The notes under the pieces are model-generated. The model saw only the letters and a list, made by a program, of their open reading frames with translations. It had not been told where the DNA came from and searched no databases. Shown in pieces: positions 51,441 to 63,327 of a stretch of DNA of 64,000 nucleotides (the stretch's first letter is position 1; each line of letters opens with the position of its first letter). The stretch covers positions 1,795,771 through 1,859,770 of the forward strand of contig OZ242252.1 of assembly GCA_965206955.1 (NCBI GenBank), written 5' to 3'. This DNA comes from Candidatus Foliamicus sp. Lineage in GTDB: Bacteria; Pseudomonadota; Gammaproteobacteria; Steroidobacterales; Foliamicaceae. The position numbers and the translations under genes are program-made.

Positions 51441-52416
51441 CTAAGCGCCTGATCCTTTCGTAGCACCACCAAGGGAGGGACAGCTGGTATCGCGCGCCGG
51501 CAATTCACCCTCAGCTTCTCGGATGAGGTATACACAGCGAACTCTATCCTGCCGCAGCCGATACTTGGCGCGGTCCTCGTCACTGGCAAGCTTCGCCCGC
51601 ATCGCCTCTACCCAAGGATTGTGGGTCTTGGCTTTCTGCTTCGGCGCCAGCGGCGGACGAAAGTCGTAGCGCCGACGGCGATCCTCAGCCCCCACCGACA
51701 CCAGTACCTCCAGGCGCCGGCCCCGCAACCTCTTGACCCTCCAGGGTCCTCACCTGCTTCTCATTCGCATACCCGTTGTCCGCCACCACCGTCTGCGGTG
51801 AACCCAACGCGGCCGGGATCGACTCCGTATCGGGAACCAACTCGTTGTGGTCACTGGCGCAACGGCTCACCCGACTCCCCACAATCAACTGACTGCCCAT
51901 GGCATCCACCACGCATTGCGCGTTATAACTCTGGTGATACGCCGAATGCTTGTTCTTGCGCGTCAAAGCACTGTCCGGATCCGTTAAATTGGTCTGCTCC
52001 TTGCCCCCCGGAGTCTCCTTCGGCGGCTGGATGTTCTTGCCCTTACGCCGCCCACTGCGCGCCTCACGCGCCGCCACCTTGCGCTCATACGACGCACGCT
52101 CCCGCTTGGCACGCGCTTTGGCCTGCGATTCCAGCCGATATCACGCCGCGTCCAAATGCGCTTTGAGCTTCTCGCGGCGCGCTAACGCCTCCGGCAGCGA
52201 CTGACGATCCACACCGCCCTTGGCAATGGCCTGCTCAGCCTCCTTAAGCAAATCGGCAATGTCCCCTTCCAACCGCTTGACCAAAGCCTTGGCCCGGTCA
52301 TAACGCACGCTGCGCCGCTTGCTCGCGTTGGCGTCCACCTTGGTCCTGTCCACACTCACCAAGCCCACCGGCAGTAGCAAAGGCTGCCGGGGATCCGATG
52401 CAATAAAATTCTCCAT
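51441..52416 (-). pseudogene. Degraded DDE transposase (IS1182/IS5-like), several frameshifts
   Basis: Fragments: ...VDRTKVDANASKRRSVRYDRAKAL... (52141-52416), ...NLTDPDSALTRKNKHSAYHQSYNAQCVVDAMGSQLIVG...NE (51685-52077), and a C-terminal piece (51441-51728). Confidence 0.55.
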
Positions 52417-52426
52417 GGCCTACAAA

Positions 52427-53020
52427 CTAACAGACTTGAACAACAAAGTCCGACAGACTGCTAGCCCAACGTCCGCACGGGAAGATCGCCTTTTTCCAGT
52501 ACGTAGTCCATCCTTGGTTGCGTACTTTTGCAGTTGACGGAATTTGCGCCAATACCACGCCGGCGCCAAACAAGTCGCCACATGCCGCCGCCGCGTTGAA
52601 GATGGATACAAACGCAAGCCAGCCAGAACTTGACTGCACGATGATCGCCAACAGAAGAGGTGCGCCACTGATCACCAGCGTGGGCAGAAGCAAGATGGCA
52701 AGAAACCGATTTCGGCTCAATTCACCCGTATAGTGAGCATAGAATGCCAACCTGGAGGGCCAGCATCCGAGGACGGTGAACGGCTCGGCGCCGGACAGGC
52801 GCGGGATCACCCGGTTCTTGGCGATGGCGGCCAGATCGGCGAGCAGCGTTGGGAAGCTGTGGACGGGCAGGGAGCGTTCGACGTCGAAGGCTTCCTCGCG
52901 CCTGACGAGGGATTCGTTCTTCAGCAGCCGGCGCAGGTTCTCGATTTTCTCAGGCGGCCATTTGGAGAGGTTGGCCAGGGTGCGCTTTTTGACTTTTCCG
53001 CCTTCGCGCCAGCCTTCGCG
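52427..53020 (-). pseudogene. Mosaic of gene fragments: DUF3267-like membrane protein C-terminus and IS1634-like transposase N-terminus
   Basis: ...REGGKVKKRTLANLSKWPPEKIENLRRLLKNESLV... resembles IS1634 transposase N-termini. ...LAILLLPTLVISGAPLLLAIIV...NAAAACGDLFG... resembles a DUF3267 C-terminus. Confidence 0.4.
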
Positions 53021-53230
53021 CAAAAGGATGGCCGGCGGCGCCCGTTGCGTGATACAAATAGCGGAGAAAGGGGCCAATACCCAGCGCCGGGCGAAACCCC
53101 AATCGACTGCGCCTTGTGACACTGTGCAAATGTGGGCTCCACTTCTAGTTTCTGCTTTGGGTTGGCATAACCACAAGACAAAATGGAAGGTGGACGTTGT
53201 ACGTACTCCATAAATCGTTATAATTTCCGA

Positions 53231-53509
53231 GTGATCCACAGCTTCCTGGACCGCGATACCCGCCGCCTGTTCGAGGGGCGCCGTGTTTCAGCCTTCCAGC
53301 AGTTTGCTGATCAGGCCAGACGCCGCCTTTTCATCCTTCATATGGCAACGTCGCTTAATGATCTTGCAGGTTTGCGCGGCAATCGGCTGAAGGTGATGAG
53401 AGGAGACAGAACCGGTCAACATAGCATCAGGATCAATGCGCAATGGCGAATCTGTTTTCGCTGGGAACAAGATGGACCACACGATGTTGAAATCGTTGAT
53501 TACCACTAA
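53231..53509 (+). CDS. higB: HigB-like (RelE/ParE superfamily) toxin
   Basis: GTG at 53231. VIHSFLDRDTRRLFEGRRVSAFQ...LNDLAGLRGNRLKVMRGDRTGQHSIRINAQWRICFRWEQDGPHDVEIVDYH fits the HigB plasmid-killer pattern. Confidence 0.8.
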   Translation: MIHSFLDRDTRRLFEGRRVSAFQQFADQARRRLFILHMATSLNDLAGLRGNRLKVMRGDRTGQHSIRINAQWRICFRWEQDGPHDVEIVDYH

Positions 53510-53521
53510 GAGGGCAAAGTT

Positions 53522-53827
53522 ATGAACGTGAGGAATGGTATGCGTCCCATACATCCAGGCGAGATTCTCAAGGACGAACTGGAAGAGCGCGGCCTGTCGG
53601 CCAACGCGCTATCGAAAGCGCTGGGGGTCCCGGCAAACCGTATCACGGCAATTTTGCGCGGGCAGCGGAGCGTGACGGCCGACACGGCTCTGCGGCTCGC
53701 GCGAGTGTTCGGCACCACTCCGCAATTCTGGCTGAACATGCAGCAATCTTACGAACTTCGGCGAGCCGAAATTGAGGCCGGCCGCGAAATCGCCAAATCC
53801 GTAAGACCGTTGCAAACCGCCGCTTAG
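53522..53827 (+). CDS. higA: HigA-family antitoxin (XRE-type HTH)
   Basis: IHPGEILKDELEERGLSANALSKALGVPANRITAILRGQRSVTADTALRLARVFGTTPQFWLNMQ is the canonical HigA HTH. It lies 12 nt downstream of higB. Confidence 0.88.
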   Translation: MNVRNGMRPIHPGEILKDELEERGLSANALSKALGVPANRITAILRGQRSVTADTALRLARVFGTTPQFWLNMQQSYELRRAEIEAGREIAKSVRPLQTAA

Positions 53828-53890
53828 ACTGCACCCGCCAGGATTACCTCGGCAGCTTGAACCGCGCTCCGCGGCACCAGCTTCCTGGCT

Positions 53891-54703
53891 CAAGGACAGA
53901 AATTACAACGGCTGCGCGAACGGTATGCGCATACGGATGGAGACCTGACGGCGGACGTTCCGTTCAGGGAGGCGCTAAAGCAGTTCGCCGGTAGCGATCT
54001 GCACCGGAAGAAGCCTTACGGCGATCCGCCGACGCTGCTGGACCGGCAAGGCGCTGGCCGCGCTCGGCTTTCCCGCAGCGACGCTTTCCTGAACCTGGGG
54101 ACGGAAATGCCCAGCCCGGGGATTCTGGCGCCCACGCCCCCAAGAAAGGCGACGGTCATTCACGCCCGCACGGAATATGAAGACATCGCGAACTTCCAGC
54201 CAACCGATATCGCCATCGCCGGCGGCGTCCGGGAAATCACCACGGCCCTGATCGACGCCATCGAAGGAATGGCAACGTCGGAGCGGCTTGCCAAGCTGCG
54301 CGAGCCGAGAATGGCGGCCGCCGAAGAGGACTTCGCGAGGCGCCTTGCCGATCAGCGCAAGGCGGCTGAAGAAGACTGGGACGCGGCGCCTATGAGCTGG
54401 GCGCGTATGGCCCGGGAATTGGATCAACACCTGGCCGAGGACGCGATTGTCGTTTCCGAACTGGACAACCGCCTGCCGTATCACTGGATGGATTTCGCTG
54501 CAGTCTCCAGGGCTTTCGGCGTGGACGCGGAAACGGTGGTCGAACCGGGCGGGATGGCAGGCGCTCTTGAGCGGGCCCGGCGGGCCAATCGTGACGGCGG
54601 CGCCTACCTGATCGACGCCAGAATCATCCAGCAGGGCCACGGCGCCAATTCCACCTGGCACCCCGGCATCTCCATTGCCGGGAACCGCAAGCGGCAGATC
54701 TAG
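53891..54703 (+). pseudogene. Thiamine-pyrophosphate enzyme (acetolactate-synthase-like) C-terminal remnant, truncated by IS630
   Basis: ...DFAAVSRAFGVDAETVVEPGGMAGALERARRANRDGGAYLIDARI matches the C-terminal end of ALS-like enzymes. The GDG...NN TPP motif is missing and the N-terminal domains are absent. Confidence 0.45.
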
Positions 54704-55852
54704 TGTAATGTCCCATAAATACATTATATAATAGGGAGCATCTTCACTGACCGGAGTACGCTCATGCCCCGCGGCCGAACCCTCGCCCCCCTCGCCCTCG
54801 GCGAAAACGACAAAGGCCAGTTGCTGACCCTCGCCCATTCCCGCTCCCTCCCCCACGGCATCGTCCGCCGCGCGCAGATCGTTCTGGCCTGCGCCGAAGG
54901 CGAGACGAACGCCTCCATCGCGAAGCGCCTTCGGCTGAGTCAATTCACCGTCGGCAAATGGCGCCGGCGCTTCCTTACGCAGGGCCTTGAAGGATTGCAC
55001 GACGAACTGCGCCCGGGACGTCCCCGCACCCACGAAGACGAACGCGTGGCCGAGGTCATCAACGCGGCGCTGCAATCGCCCCCGGCCAATGCGACCCACT
55101 GGACGGTCCGTTCCATGTCCGAGCACTGCGGCGTCTCCAAAAGCACCGTGGCGCGCTGGTTCGAGTTGTTCGGCGTGCAGCCGCACCGGCAGCGGACCTT
55201 CAAACTGTCCAACGACCCGTTCTTCATCGAGAAAGTGCGCGACATCGTCGGACTGTATCTGAATCCGCCGGATCACGCCGTGGTGCTGTGCGTCGACGAA
55301 AAAAGCCAGATCCAGGCGCTTGAGCGCACCCAGCCGATGCTGCCGATGGGACTGGGCTATGTCGAAGGCGTCACCCACGACTATGTCCGGCATGGAACCA
55401 CCACCTTGTTCGCGGCCCTCGACGTGGCCACCGGTGAAGTGCTCAGCCAATGCAAACCGCGCCACCGGCATCAGGAGTTTCTGGCGTTCCTACGCCACAT
55501 CGACCGCAACGTCCCCAAGACGCTGGACGTGCATCTGGTGGTGGACAACTACGCCACCCACAAACACGCCAAGGTGAAAGCCTGGCTGGCGAGGCGGCCC
55601 CGATACCACATTCATTACACGCCGACCTATGCGTCCTGGCTCAATCAGGTCGAGCGCTGGTTCGGCATCATCACCCAGCGAGCCATCCGCCGCGGCACTT
55701 TTTCCTCGGTCAAACAACTCACCCGCAAGATTGACCGCTTCGTCAACGATTACAACTCCACGAACCGCCCGTTCGTCTGGACCGCCACCGCCGATTCCAT
55801 CCTCGCCAAAGTGGAACGACTAAGTAAACTTATTTGCGGGACAGCACACTAG
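54701..55852 (+). mobile_element. IS630-family insertion sequence flanked by TA
   Basis: Inverted repeats: left GTGTAATGTCCCATAAATA, and reverse complement of the right end GTGTGCTGTCCCGCAAATA. TA is present at both ends. Confidence 0.85.
54764..55852 (+). CDS. IS630-family transposase (362 aa, apparently intact)
   Basis: N-terminal HTH domains plus a DDE region (...[14 protein letters not shown]...[12 protein letters not shown]...[17 protein letters not shown]). Confidence 0.9.
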   Translation: MPRGRTLAPLALGENDKGQLLTLAHSRSLPHGIVRRAQIVLACAEGETNASIAKRLRLSQFTVGKWRRRFLTQGLEGLHDELRPGRPRTHEDERVAEVINAALQSPPANATHWTVRSMSEHCGVSKSTVARWFELFGVQPHRQRTFKLSNDPFFIEKVRDIVGLYLNPPDHAVVLCVDEKSQIQALERTQPMLPMGLGYVEGVTHDYVRHGTTTLFAALDVATGEVLSQCKPRHRHQEFLAFLRHIDRNVPKTLDVHLVVDNYATHKHAKVKAWLARRPRYHIHYTPTYASWLNQVERWFGIITQRAIRRGTFSSVKQLTRKIDRFVNDYNSTNRPFVWTATADSILAKVERLSKLICGTAH

Positions 55853-56423
55853 CAGCGGTACATCTCTAAGGTGCAGGCCGGTTGTGCTGGCGCATTTTCG
55901 CGATAGACAAACGGCATCGTCGAAGGAGGCAACGATTTCGCTCATGTTCTTAATCTGTTCGGAGTAGACGCGAAAATAGAAGTCTTCCGGTGACACCTCG
56001 GCATCGCTGAGGGTCGTTGAGTAAATGTCCGGTTCGAACCGGCAGTAGTGGAGCAGCATCCCGAGCAGTTGCCGAAAATCAAGCTGGCCGCCTTGGCGAG
56101 GCTGAACCTGCTCGGACTTGAGGCGCCCTCCGAGTCTTTCGTCGATGCGTCTAGCAAGCACGGCCGTTGTTAGGACGTAGCTTTGGATCTTCTGCATGCG
56201 GAAGTCGGGGAGTTGATCGAGTTCCCGCGCCAAATGTTTGCGGAATAGGTTCAGCCTCATGTGGATTGGGGACTGCGTCTTGCTGTGGGTTGGCGTTCGG
56301 CAGAGGCGCGGCATATCCCTATAGAACAGGTTGATCGCTGTGCCACCCTTAAGCGCAAACGCGTCCTCCGTGGCGATATCCGGCAGGACGCTCAGCAGCA
56401 GCCGAACCTGATCGACATAGCGC

Positions 56424-56431
<8 letters not shown>
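55853..56431 (-). pseudogene. AbiEii N-terminal fragment fused to unrelated sequence, truncated by IS630
   Basis: MDKRYVDQVRLLLSVLPDIATEDAFALKGGTAINLFYRDMPRL matches the AbiEii N-terminus. Similarity is then lost. Confidence 0.5.
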
Positions 56432-56937
<506 letters not shown>

Positions 56938-57364
56938 TGAAATTGCTCGGTCTCGAAGATGCGGTATTCATCCAACGAATTGGCCCTTGCGCTGGCGAGC
57001 CTGCCGCCGCTTCACGGAACTCCGTGTACACGTCCTCTCCCAATCGCAAGGTAACGGACTTCGCCATTTTCGCTTCTCCTGTCGCTGAACTGCGCGGTGC
57101 GGGACTGCCGGTTACCGGTCGCCGTCACCCAATCGGCCTCAGCGATCACAGCGGCCCCTGACATCGAAACACCGGCAGATTTGCACGTACGCCGGATATT
57201 TTAGCGGGTCTCTGCGCGTAGCGCCCCGCTCAAAGGAATCTGCCGCCATAGATGGGTGGCGCGGATACAATTCACGTCTGACGGCCTGATCAGCGGACAA
57301 GCGCTGTCGTTCGGACGATCCCCCGTGCAGGCCAATGCTCCCGCGCGGTCGCCCGGACATCATC

Positions 57365-57451
57365 GGAGAGGTGGCAGAGTGGTCGAATGCGGAGGTCTTG
57401 AAAACCTCTGACGGTTTACGCCGTCCGTGGGTTCGAATCCCACCCTCTCCG
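57365..57451 (+). tRNA. tRNA-Ser (anticodon UGA), copy 2
   Basis: Sequence identical by eye to copy 1 over all 87 nt. The downstream ~40 nt also resemble those after copy 1. Confidence 0.88.
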
Positions 57452-57516
57452 TTTTATAGGCGTTCCGCTTTTTTGGGCAATTGGCAGCAGCTAGAACTTA
57501 AGTGTTGGAGAATCTT

Positions 57517-57951
57517 ATGTTATCCAAAAAAGCAACGATCCTGATTGTCATTGGCTTGTTCTTGATGGCACCAGCGGGGATTTCTTCAATTGACTTTGAG
57601 ACACAGCAATTCATAGATGATTTCCATGGGTATATTTTGCTAGGTATTCAGGAAGAGCAAATTGACGGCGATTGGGAGGGCTGCGAATATGGGGAGTCAG
57701 TTAAATTTCGTTCCGGTGATAGTGTTGTATGCAAGAGTTACGGATACGCCTATGCATACAGCCCTAGTGCTTCAATAATCATGGGAGCAACCTTTTTTCA
57801 GGGCGTGATTCTCTACAAATGCAATTTAATTGTGAACTCCGATTCCTACGATGTAGGTTGCGGAATCAAGGCGCGACAAGCATACGAGCAATGGGCCAAA
57901 CTGCATCTTGGGGAAGGGGGAAAAATTCCTTCTCCTCCCCTGCCTTACTAG
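57517..57951 (+). CDS. Hypothetical small exported protein (AT-rich island)
   Basis: ATG at 57517 with signal-like ATILIVIGLFLMAPAGISS and several Cys. No family was recognised. Confidence 0.5.
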   Translation: MLSKKATILIVIGLFLMAPAGISSIDFETQQFIDDFHGYILLGIQEEQIDGDWEGCEYGESVKFRSGDSVVCKSYGYAYAYSPSASIIMGATFFQGVILYKCNLIVNSDSYDVGCGIKARQAYEQWAKLHLGEGGKIPSPPLPY

Positions 57952-58099
57952 ATATTGAATTGTTCGCAATTACTCAGAAGCGCCAATTTGGTCCGTAACA
58001 ACTCGTTTCTTGTTCATCAATTCTCCTCGTGGCACGGAACGGCAACATCTACCAATAGTGAATAACGAAGTAACCATCGTTCATTCACAGCTATTCTCC

Positions 58100-59185
58100 T
58101 CAGTCCACGAGTGTTAGTTTTGGGTGGCTGGAGCCGATAATCCCACGTGAACGAATGCCGTATGTGACGTCTACTCCAAACGTCAACGACTCCAGATCCG
58201 CTCTGCTGATGCATAGGTCTTTGGCGATGTGGCTCTTTGTTAGTCCCTCGGATCGAAGTATGGCAAACATCTTGGCCAGTACTTGGGATGCTTCATGCCT
58301 CATCGGCTCGGGTTCTTTGCGCCGATATGGTGACATTTCGATGCACATTGAGCGGTATTGCCAATCCGAAAGAACCTTAAGCTTATGAAGTCGATAAGCG
58401 AGGGCCGCAACCGAAACCCCCCAATTCTTTTTTAGGAGAATTAGGCGCGAAAGGGTCACCACTTGACGCACGGCGCTGAGAACGCTTGGAGCAGGCATCA
58501 AGAAGGCTGCAGCAAAGGCGTTTGCTTGCGTTTCTGCGTCTTGCCCAATAGGACCACCATGCTTGTGAAGTACAAGGTGGCCGAGTTCGTGAGCCGCGTC
58601 AAATCGAATTCGCTCGGCAGACTTGCTTTGATCTAGAAACACGAAGGGAGTGTCGTTTCTCCAAAACGAAAACGCATCCACGTTTCGTGTATCACGTGTT
58701 AAGGAATATACACGTACGCCTTTGAGTTCAAGCAGGTGAATTAGGTTCGGAATAGGCTGGTATCCGAACCCCCATTCGGAGCGAACTACCTGCGCAGCCG
58801 CCTCAGGCTCTTCGGGTTGCAACTCAGGAATATCCGGCTTGGGGAGGACGAACTTGCAATCTAGCCAATCATTGAGAGAAAGTGCCAAGGCTCCCGCTCC
58901 CAGCGCGGCGTCCCGCTCGCCTGCCGTCATGCGCGAGAGCGCGCGAAAGCTTACTGAGCGTCTGCTGGGCAAATCCAGGGTTGGGCCGAAAAAGAAGCTA
59001 ACCGGAAAGCGCAATTGTCTTGACAATTTCCGTAGCGTGTCGCCCGAAGGTTCAAACTCGCCCTTTTCGTACGCAGAAACTGTGCGGGGCTGGATGCCTA
59101 CTTGCATAGCAAGCTTTGTCATTGTCATGCCGCGTCGTCGGCGAGCCAACGTCAATCGTTGTGGGTTTACTGCGTCCGAGGTCAT
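58100..59185 (-). CDS. Fused XRE-type HTH / ImmA-IrrE (COG2856) metallopeptidase regulator
   Basis: N-terminal HTH (LTLARRRRGMTMTKLAMQVGIQPRTVSAYEKGEFEPS) and zinc-peptidase motif HELGHLVLH in the central domain. Confidence 0.85.
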   Translation of the reverse strand: MTSDAVNPQRLTLARRRRGMTMTKLAMQVGIQPRTVSAYEKGEFEPSGDTLRKLSRQLRFPVSFFFGPTLDLPSRRSVSFRALSRMTAGERDAALGAGALALSLNDWLDCKFVLPKPDIPELQPEEPEAAAQVVRSEWGFGYQPIPNLIHLLELKGVRVYSLTRDTRNVDAFSFWRNDTPFVFLDQSKSAERIRFDAAHELGHLVLHKHGGPIGQDAETQANAFAAAFLMPAPSVLSAVRQVVTLSRLILLKKNWGVSVAALAYRLHKLKVLSDWQYRSMCIEMSPYRRKEPEPMRHEASQVLAKMFAILRSEGLTKSHIAKDLCISRADLESLTFGVDVTYGIRSRGIIGSSHPKLTLVD

Positions 59186-59835
59186 GCCTTTCTGCGTACA
59201 GGGATATCAATGGGCTGTTTGCGTTCCCCTGGCTGAAATGATGCAAGCTGTTCAATGTCAATAGGTGGAAGGAGTAGCCGTTCCTTCCAACCACTCACTC
59301 GCAAGTTGTTATCGAAGCCTAGTGGGTGCGAAAGTTCCGCTCGTAACTCTTTATTGCTGCGATGAATCAAGAGTAGCCAAGTTGCGCGTTCCCCAAACGT
59401 CGCTGGATCGAGCAGTGGTGGTGTATTCCCGTCAGGAAACCTAAATTCGAATCCCAACTGCCTGTTGTTGGCGGCAAGTGCGTCCATTGTGCGTGGACCC
59501 TTGCTGGATTGTGTCGTCGGAAAGCCCTGGGCAATTCCGGTTCCTTCGTCACCAGTTGCCACAGCGATTGCGATGCGTCCGTCAGGCGAGATAGTAATAC
59601 TGTAGTTTGCCTCATTCTTCGCCTGCCATTTCTCAGGCACCAAACCTAAGCGCAGATGACGTACAGCGACCGCCCATATTGTTAATCCGCGGTACATGCT
59701 TGGATCGAAATCGGTGCAGTTAGACCACGCTTGGTATGCGGCTATAACAGCATTTGTTAGGATTTCTTGGGTAAGCCCTAATTCCCCCAGCCGTCTTGTA
59801 ACTGCTGACTCATCTGAGTGAACTATGGTATCCAT
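59182..59835 (-). CDS. Hypothetical protein (217 aa), cotranscribed upstream of the HTH-ImmA gene
   Basis: Clean ORF with a 4-nt overlap onto the downstream gene. No family was recognised. Confidence 0.6.
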   Translation of the reverse strand: MDTIVHSDESAVTRRLGELGLTQEILTNAVIAAYQAWSNCTDFDPSMYRGLTIWAVAVRHLRLGLVPEKWQAKNEANYSITISPDGRIAIAVATGDEGTGIAQGFPTTQSSKGPRTMDALAANNRQLGFEFRFPDGNTPPLLDPATFGERATWLLLIHRSNKELRAELSHPLGFDNNLRVSGWKERLLLPPIDIEQLASFQPGERKQPIDIPVRRKA

Positions 59836-60181
59836 TCTCGCTCCATGTTGGGAATAGTCGGACTTCCGGTTTTTTTACCACAAATGAGGGCGAAAATCCA
59901 CCTGTGGCTGCTGCCCTCTGGACACACCTCGACGAGATTATCCCGTTCGGACTACGGGGGAGGGGCCAAGTCGGCGAGGCCGATCGCGCCGTTGGCGCGT
60001 GGGCCGTTTGAGTCTAGTCAAATGGGAATCTTGGTCCGGTAGCAATAGCATGGCGGGACAAGAGGACAGTCTTAAGCGAAGATACTAAATGCGGGTGCAC
60101 CTGCGGGTAGGCGTGTAAAATAATGGGCTGAACGGCGGGAAGCCCCATTGAGGAACGGCGACGACTAGGGATTCGGAAAAA

Positions 60182-61039
60182 GTGCCTGTATTCATTAGCT
60201 ACAGTCATGCGGACAAGATCTTGGCGGAAAGCCTCGCTCTGAATCTGGTGCAAGCGAAACAGAATGTTTGGATCGATAGGTGGGAACTTAGCGCTGGAGA
60301 CTCGCTGATTGAAAAGATCGAGGGCGCACTTGGTGGCGCTGATGCGATACTGGTCCTACTCTCGGAGAGTTCGGTTAAATCGGAATGGTGCAGGAAGGAA
60401 CTGCGGACGGGATTGCTTCGAGAGCTTGAGGAGCGAGCGGTCTTGGTGATACCGATTGTGATTGATAACTGTGATATTCCACTATTCTTACGGGAGAAGA
60501 TGTACATCGACTTCCGAGGGGATCGGGACGAGGCGCTGGCATTTCTGTTGAAATCCCTTGCTGGAATCTCTAATCCCGCGCAGGCACGCACTGAGACACC
60601 GAGGTCTCTCGTTGACTGGTCAGTAAGCGGGATCAGCAACGAAGAATTAGATGCAGTTCAATGGACATTTGTCGACCACGATCACGAGCAACAATACGTG
60701 GTTCTGACGGAGGTGCGACTGGTTCCCACTGGTCGTGCGCAGATGGCGTTTGGTCGGGTGCGTAAAATCGAGGAGAGATACGTCTTCGTGGCCAAGTACA
60801 TGGAAAGTCTTCTGCAGTCGGGACGGGATTTGCGCATTCTTATTTCTGATGCCGAGCCTATCGTCAAGTCGTTCACCGTGCCCGATGTCGAATATGACGG
60901 GTGCGCAGAAGTCGTTGTTATCGTGCGGCGGATGGGGCATGACGCTGGAATGGACACGCTTTTGGATATCGAAAGACACTTGCAGGCTGCGGTTAAACAC
61001 ACCTCTCAGACTCTAAGAACAGGGACTCCATGCCCATAG
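60182..61039 (+). CDS. TIR-domain protein with an uncharacterised C-terminal domain
   Basis: N-terminus VFISYSHADK...WIDRWELSAGDSL...ADAILVLLSESSVKSEWCRKEL is a bacterial TIR signature. The C-terminal ~145 aa were not recognised. Confidence 0.8.
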   Translation: MPVFISYSHADKILAESLALNLVQAKQNVWIDRWELSAGDSLIEKIEGALGGADAILVLLSESSVKSEWCRKELRTGLLRELEERAVLVIPIVIDNCDIPLFLREKMYIDFRGDRDEALAFLLKSLAGISNPAQARTETPRSLVDWSVSGISNEELDAVQWTFVDHDHEQQYVVLTEVRLVPTGRAQMAFGRVRKIEERYVFVAKYMESLLQSGRDLRILISDAEPIVKSFTVPDVEYDGCAEVVVIVRRMGHDAGMDTLLDIERHLQAAVKHTSQTLRTGTPCP

Positions 61040-61360
61040 ATGGCAACCTGAGCGCTGTCGGTCGGCTGCCATGTATTGGCCATGCGATTACTTCCATCAA
61101 GCACCTGTTTGTCCTTGACTCTTGGGTCAATTTCTGGAGTCACTATTGCCGTCAATTTCGCCTTCCGCATGGCAACCGAGATTTGCGTGCCATTTTTTCC
61201 CTTATGGCTTGAGAAGGGTCACGGTTGTATCCGGCTGCGAGGGGATTGGTATGTCAAGTTCACCGAGGGCGCAGGAGAGCTGGTCCCGGTCTTTAAGACA
61301 GAGAGATAAGTGTAGGCTTTGCCCTAAGGCGGGGGGACCGCCAAATGGAGCGAAGAAAGA

Positions 61361-61663
61361 GTGAGGAGACCGAGAAGGAACCACAGGCCCCAGTTCAAGG
61401 CGCGAGTGGCGCTGGCGGCAGTGAAGGGCGAGAAGACACTGGCGGAGTTGTCGTCGCAGTTCGACGTGCACCCGAACCAGATCACGCAATGGAAGAGTCA
61501 GCTCCTGGAGCAAGCGGCGTCGGTATTCAACGGCGGGAGATCTCGGACCGAGGAGCCGGTGGATCTGAAGGCTTTGCACGCGAAGATCGGGGAGTTGGCG
61601 CTGGAGAACGATTTTTTAGAAAGCGCGCTCATCAAGGCGGGCATGCTGGGCGCAAAGCGATGA
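61361..61663 (+). CDS. IS3-family transposase OrfA (HTH)
   Basis: [46 protein letters not shown] followed by a leucine-zipper-like end. Confidence 0.85.
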   Translation: MRRPRRNHRPQFKARVALAAVKGEKTLAELSSQFDVHPNQITQWKSQLLEQAASVFNGGRSRTEEPVDLKALHAKIGELALENDFLESALIKAGMLGAKR

Positions 61664-62487
61664 TCGATCCGTGTCACAAGCTATCAATCAGCCGACAGGC
61701 GAAGATCCTCGAGATCTCGCGTTCGTCGGTTTACTACACGCCCCGGCCCGTGTCGCCGGCGGACTTAGAACTGATGAAGGCGATCGACCGGCTGCATCTG
61801 GAGGCACCCTATGCCGGGAGCCGGATGAGGAAGAAACTCCTTCGCGCTGAAGGCTTCAAGGTCGGGCGCCGCCATGTCAGGACGCTGATGCGGACGATGG
61901 GCGTCGAGGCCTTGTATCGCAAGAAGAACACGTCGCGCCGACATCCGGGCCACGAAGTCTTTCCGTATCTGCTTAGAGGTCGAACGATCACCGAGGCCAA
62001 TCAAGTCTGGGCGCTCGATATCACGTACATCCCGATGGCCCGCGGCTTCGTCTATTTCGTCGGCGTCATGGACTGGGCGACCCGGAGAATCTTGTCCTGG
62101 CGGCTCTCGACGACGCTGACGACGGACTTTTGTGTCGAGGCGCTGGAAGACGCGATTAGCCGTTATGGGAAGCCTGAGGTCGTCAACACCGACCAGGGCA
62201 GCCAGTTCACGAGTGCGGCGTTCGTCGAACTCGTGCACGGCCACGGAATCTCTCTCAGCATGGACGGCAAGGGGGCTTGGAAGGACAACGTCTTCATCGA
62301 GCGATTTTGGCGGACGCTGAAATACGAGGAAGTCTATTTGCGAGCCTATGAGAGCGTGTTGGCAGCGAGACAATCAATTACCCGGTATCTCGCGTTCTAC
62401 AATGGCCGTCGTCCGCATACCGCGAATGACGACTTAACGCCGGATGCGGCGTACTTTGGCGTGCTGTCGATTAACCAGGTAGCATAA
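61660..62487 (+). CDS. IS3-family transposase OrfB (DDE integrase core)
   Basis: ATG at 61660 overlaps the orfA stop (ATGA), in the -1 frame. Sequence includes ...[31 protein letters not shown]...[11 protein letters not shown]...[14 protein letters not shown]. Confidence 0.85.
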   Translation: MIDPCHKLSISRQAKILEISRSSVYYTPRPVSPADLELMKAIDRLHLEAPYAGSRMRKKLLRAEGFKVGRRHVRTLMRTMGVEALYRKKNTSRRHPGHEVFPYLLRGRTITEANQVWALDITYIPMARGFVYFVGVMDWATRRILSWRLSTTLTTDFCVEALEDAISRYGKPEVVNTDQGSQFTSAAFVELVHGHGISLSMDGKGAWKDNVFIERFWRTLKYEEVYLRAYESVLAARQSITRYLAFYNGRRPHTANDDLTPDAAYFGVLSINQVA

Positions 62488-62525
62488 TCATGAAACCGCA
62501 AGGCCCATCACTTATCGACGACTGA

Positions 62526-63167
<642 letters not shown>

Positions 63168-63179
63168 TCCTCGATCATC

Positions 63180-63267
63180 GGAGAGGTGGCAGAGTGGTCG
63201 AATGCGGAGGTCTTGAAAACCTCTGACGGTTTACGCCGTCCGTGGGTTCGAATCCCACCCCCCTTCC
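63180..63267 (+). tRNA. tRNA-Ser(UGA)-like copy 3 with an altered 3' acceptor strand (possible pseudo-tRNA / att scar)
   Basis: Identical to copies 1 and 2 through the T arm. It then reads CCCCTTCCG instead of CCTCTCCG, which cannot fully pair with the 5' GGAGAGG. Confidence 0.6.
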
Positions 63268-63327
63268 GCCCAATAGCCGGTTTGAGTTTTTTTCCATTTT
63301 CCAGGACAAGGGTTGAGTTGGATATAG

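Noticed and set aside
53975-55471. 498-aa minus-strand ORF spanning the TPP-enzyme remnant and the IS630 transposase.
   Set aside because: It is antisense to a clear IS630 transposase, crosses the IS boundary, and has no motifs.
61076-61309. 77-80-aa plus-strand ORFs between the TIR gene and the IS3 element.
   Set aside because: They are short, lack a ribosome-binding site, have no recognisable features, and run into the IS3 left inverted repeat. They are probably non-coding flank.
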